Source: Clostridia bacterium
GTDB taxonomy: Bacteria > Bacillota > Clostridia > Oscillospirales > CAG-272
DNA: 60,019 nt
Assembly (NCBI GenBank): GCA_017414385.1
Contig: JAFQMO010000152.1
Location: 1-60,019, forward strand
Direction of reading: 5' to 3'
Below the pieces are notes generated by a model that made no database searches, was not told the DNA's origin, and saw nothing but the letters and a program-made list of their open reading frames with translations. Positions 57,926 through 60,019 of the stretch are shown here, piece by piece. Each line of letters opens with the position of its first letter. Position 1 is the first letter of the stretch. Position numbers and translations under genes: made by a program.

Positions 57926-58016
57926 CATACATAAGAAGTATACAAATTGCACTTTATCGTTCAGTATTTTTAGTTGGTATTCAATGGGAACAAAAAAGGT
58001 AATTGGGAGTAATAAA

Positions 58017-59237
58017 ATGGAAAGGAGGACACTGACACCGATGGACCGTGAAACATATGACAACCTGCCTGATGTCGACCATGGGAATCTACCCGTTTCT
58101 GTCTTTGATGACGGGGATGACGATGGGATCTTTATGAGTTGGCCCGAGCCGGAATTGCCGGATGAAGCAATGTTCGATGACTGGGCAGACGAGAAATCAG
58201 AATCGGATGAAGATGCGTTCTCCAACAGCAATGATGTGTACGATGACGACGGGGACAATGACACCACCGAGCGCCATGCATCCGCCGAAAAAACAAAAAC
58301 GTCTGCAGAAAAGAAAAACGCCAAGAAAAAAGCAAGAAATCAAAAAAAGCGAAAAAAGGATACCGACGGCGAACAGTATACCTTCCGTCGCGCGGCGGCA
58401 TCAGATCTTGCCGAATCCAAAGGAAAAGCAAAAAAGAGCAAGAACGATCCGACAGACAACGAAGCAACACTGTCTTCCCTGAAGTATTACAAGCATACCG
58501 CAAGGCTGCGTGAGCTTTTTCTGCGTCGATTTTTACCGATCCTCTTTATCTGTCTTTTCGTTTTCGGTTTTTTCATTTATTTCTTCCGCCTCCAAAACCT
58601 TACCTTTGATAATCTTCGCGGATATGATGCAGAGGCCGTTTTCCATACGATCGGTCTCAAAAAGAATATGTTTATATTCAGCGTCGATGAGGATGAGATT
58701 GAAGACAAGCTGCGCGCGGATTTCCCCTACATCCAAAAGGTTGAGGTTGATTTCGACCTCCCGAACACTGCTCACCTGATTTTTTCCGAGGACTGTGCGT
58801 TGTTCTACACACGCCTGTATGATGAGTACTTTGTGATTTCCGAATCGCTTCGTGTGCTGGCACGGTACAGCAGTGAGGAAGAAATCGATGAGGGCCTTCG
58901 CAAGGTCACCCTCCCCCCCGTTTCTCTGGCAGTGGTCGGACATCCCCTCTCCTTTTTCGATCTGACCTTTACCTCCTTTCTTGAGGACTTCTTGGATATC
59001 ATCGAAAAATCCGACATCTATCCCGGTATCCGCTCCATGGATGTATCAAACCGTTTTGATGTCACCCTCAATTTCGAGGACAGATATGACATCGAGCTTG
59101 GAAATCAGGATGATATTGAAACGAAATTACTCTTCGTAAAGGCAATTATTTCTGAGCTTGAGGATGAGGCAGGTGTCATTACACTCATCGATAACAAAAA
59201 GGCAAATTTTTCTGCCGCGACAGCTCCGGAATCCTAA
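58017..59237 (+). CDS. ftsQ: FtsQ/DivIB-type cell division protein with an acidic-then-basic cytoplasmic N-terminal extension of about 170 aa
   Basis: Single TM (FLPILFICLFVFGFFIYFF), followed by a POTRA-like segment (LQNLTFDNLRGYDAEAVFHTIGLKKNMFIFSVDEDEIEDKLRADFPYIQKVEV) and a beta domain. It lies between murG and ftsZ. I chose the ATG at 58017 (GGGAG upstream); the track ORF opens at 57915, overlapping the small gene. Confidence 0.75.
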   Translation: MERRTLTPMDRETYDNLPDVDHGNLPVSVFDDGDDDGIFMSWPEPELPDEAMFDDWADEKSESDEDAFSNSNDVYDDDGDNDTTERHASAEKTKTSAEKKNAKKKARNQKKRKKDTDGEQYTFRRAAASDLAESKGKAKKSKNDPTDNEATLSSLKYYKHTARLRELFLRRFLPILFICLFVFGFFIYFFRLQNLTFDNLRGYDAEAVFHTIGLKKNMFIFSVDEDEIEDKLRADFPYIQKVEVDFDLPNTAHLIFSEDCALFYTRLYDEYFVISESLRVLARYSSEEEIDEGLRKVTLPPVSLAVVGHPLSFFDLTFTSFLEDFLDIIEKSDIYPGIRSMDVSNRFDVTLNFEDRYDIELGNQDDIETKLLFVKAIISELEDEAGVITLIDNKKANFSAATAPES

Positions 59238-59262
59238 TATTAAATAGTGTTTATAATCAAAG

Positions 59263-59306
59263 CTGCCCTGTCGGATCGATTTTCGGCAAGGCAGTTTTCA
59301 GTTTTT
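59263..59306 (+). terminator. Rho-independent terminator after ftsQ
   Basis: CTGCCCTGTCGG-ATCGATTT-TCGGCAAGGCAG, a stem of about 11 bp with one mismatch and two G-U pairs, followed by TTTTCAGTTTTT. Confidence 0.6.
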
Positions 59307-59359
59307 ACAGTTTTTGCCTCTCAATATTGTAAACATTCCGTGAATTTTAGATCAACATC

Positions 59360-59388
59360 TTGAAAAAGTGACAAAAAAAAGGTATCAT
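59360..59388 (+). promoter_or_regulatory. Sigma-70-type promoter for ftsZ
   Basis: TTGAAA (59360-59365), a 17-nt spacer, then TATCAT (59383-59388). It lies about 150 nt upstream of the ftsZ ATG. A second candidate (ATGAAA-17-TAGAAT) lies closer to the gene. Confidence 0.5.
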
Positions 59389-59540
59389 ATATAGTAGAAA
59401 GTTTATCATCAACGTGCAAGGCATGTCGAATCGTCTGTTTTTCGGATTTGATGCGTTTTTTTGCTGATGAAAGATTTCTAAACGCATTTTAGAATCATCC
59501 CCATTCGACGATCAATACCATACATAACAGGAGGAAACAT

Positions 59541-60019
59541 TATGTCCAATTTTGAATTCGACGCAACTGAAACCAGCGTAGTGAATATAAAGGTTGTCGG
59601 TGTCGGCGGCGGCGGTAACAATGCAGTCAACCGTATGATTGAAAGCAATGTCAAGGGCGTTCAGTTTATCGCGATCAATACCGACCTGCAGGCACTTGCA
59701 AAATCCAATGCTCCGATCAAGATCAACATCGGCGACAAGGTTACCAAGGGTAAGGGTGCAGGTGCAAACCCCGATGTCGGTGCACATGCAGCGGAAGACA
59801 GCAGAGACGAGATCTCCCGTGCGCTCGAGGGTGCGGATATGGTGTTTATCACCACAGGTATGGGCGGCGGCACCGGTACAGGTGCAGCTCCTGTCGTTGC
59901 AAAGATTGCCCGCGACATGGGTATTCTGACCGTCGGTATCGTTACAAAGCCCTTCAGCTTTGAGGGTAAGCGCAGAATGGACCAGGCGGATGCGGGTATC
60001 ATTCGTCTCCGCGAATTTG
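59541..60019 (+). CDS. ftsZ: Cell division protein FtsZ (N-terminal 159 codons; runs off the right edge)
   Basis: Not in the ORF track because it is open-ended. My translation from the ATG at 59541 (AGGAGGAAACATT upstream) gives [52 protein letters not shown]...GAGANPDVG...[43 protein letters not shown]. It contains the tubulin signature GGGTGTG. Confidence 0.97.

Noticed and set aside
57915-58016. Upstream part of the 440-aa track ORF for FtsQ, which overlaps the end of the small membrane-protein gene
   Set aside because: It has no SD at 57915 or 57984, and the region is AT-rich spacer. The ATG at 58017 with GGGAG upstream is preferred, but the true start remains uncertain.
1-60019. Scan for CRISPR arrays, IS elements or transposases, integrases, prophage genes, toxin-antitoxin pairs, restriction-modification or other defence genes, and rRNA/tRNA genes
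   Set aside because: I could find none by eye on either strand. Every ORF of 150 aa or more is either an identifiable housekeeping, envelope or sporulation gene or a shadow ORF. I saw no long direct or inverted repeats. I cannot rule out short dispersed repeats without a computational self-comparison.

Overview
This 60-kb window looks like core chromosome from a spore-forming Firmicute, probably a Clostridia-class organism. The evidence is PolC, yabP-yabQ-divIC, a YlmC/YmxH protein and a GerA/SpoVAF-family gene. I support about 45 protein genes and found no rRNA, tRNA, CRISPR array, transposase, integrase or phage gene.

Gene order, left to right:
- A partial solute-binding lipoprotein gene that runs off the left edge.
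- rpoC-rpoB (minus strand), with its own promoter and not preceded by rplJL.
- A divergent orphan GerA/SpoVAF-like gene.
- A DUF3343 and cysteine desulfurase pair.
- A membrane-anchored beta-lactamase-fold serine hydrolase.
- hup, yabO, yabP, yabQ, divIC.
- The conserved polC, ispG, rseP, dxr, cdsA, uppS, frr, tsf, rpsB block. pyrH and proS are missing from it.
- ylmC/ymxH, two small envelope proteins, and alr.
- An SGNH hydrolase, a 94-aa orphan, and murA.
- A WalRK-like cell-wall two-component operon: rluD-like, DUF3810, degenerate NodB protein, walR-like, walK-like, YycH-like, YycI-like.
- GNAT, CapA, gpmI.
- A dcw cluster: rsmH, ftsL-like, class B PBP, murE, murF, mraY, ftsW, murG, an AT-rich small membrane gene, ftsQ, and ftsZ (partial at the right edge).

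Nearly all long ORFs in the track that lie opposite these genes sit in the exact codon-complement frame. They are shadow ORFs caused by avoidance of the TTA, CTA and TCA codons.

I see no convincing mobile, defence or otherwise clearly novel system. The most interesting material is:
- the WalRK-type operon with an active-site-degenerate NodB protein and divergent YycH/I-like partners;
- a long GC-rich structured leader in front of murA;
- the unusual dcw cluster, which lacks mraZ, murD and ftsA, encodes long disordered tails on FtsL, FtsW and FtsQ, and carries a compositionally foreign small gene.

All product calls come from motif recognition by eye, not from database searches.
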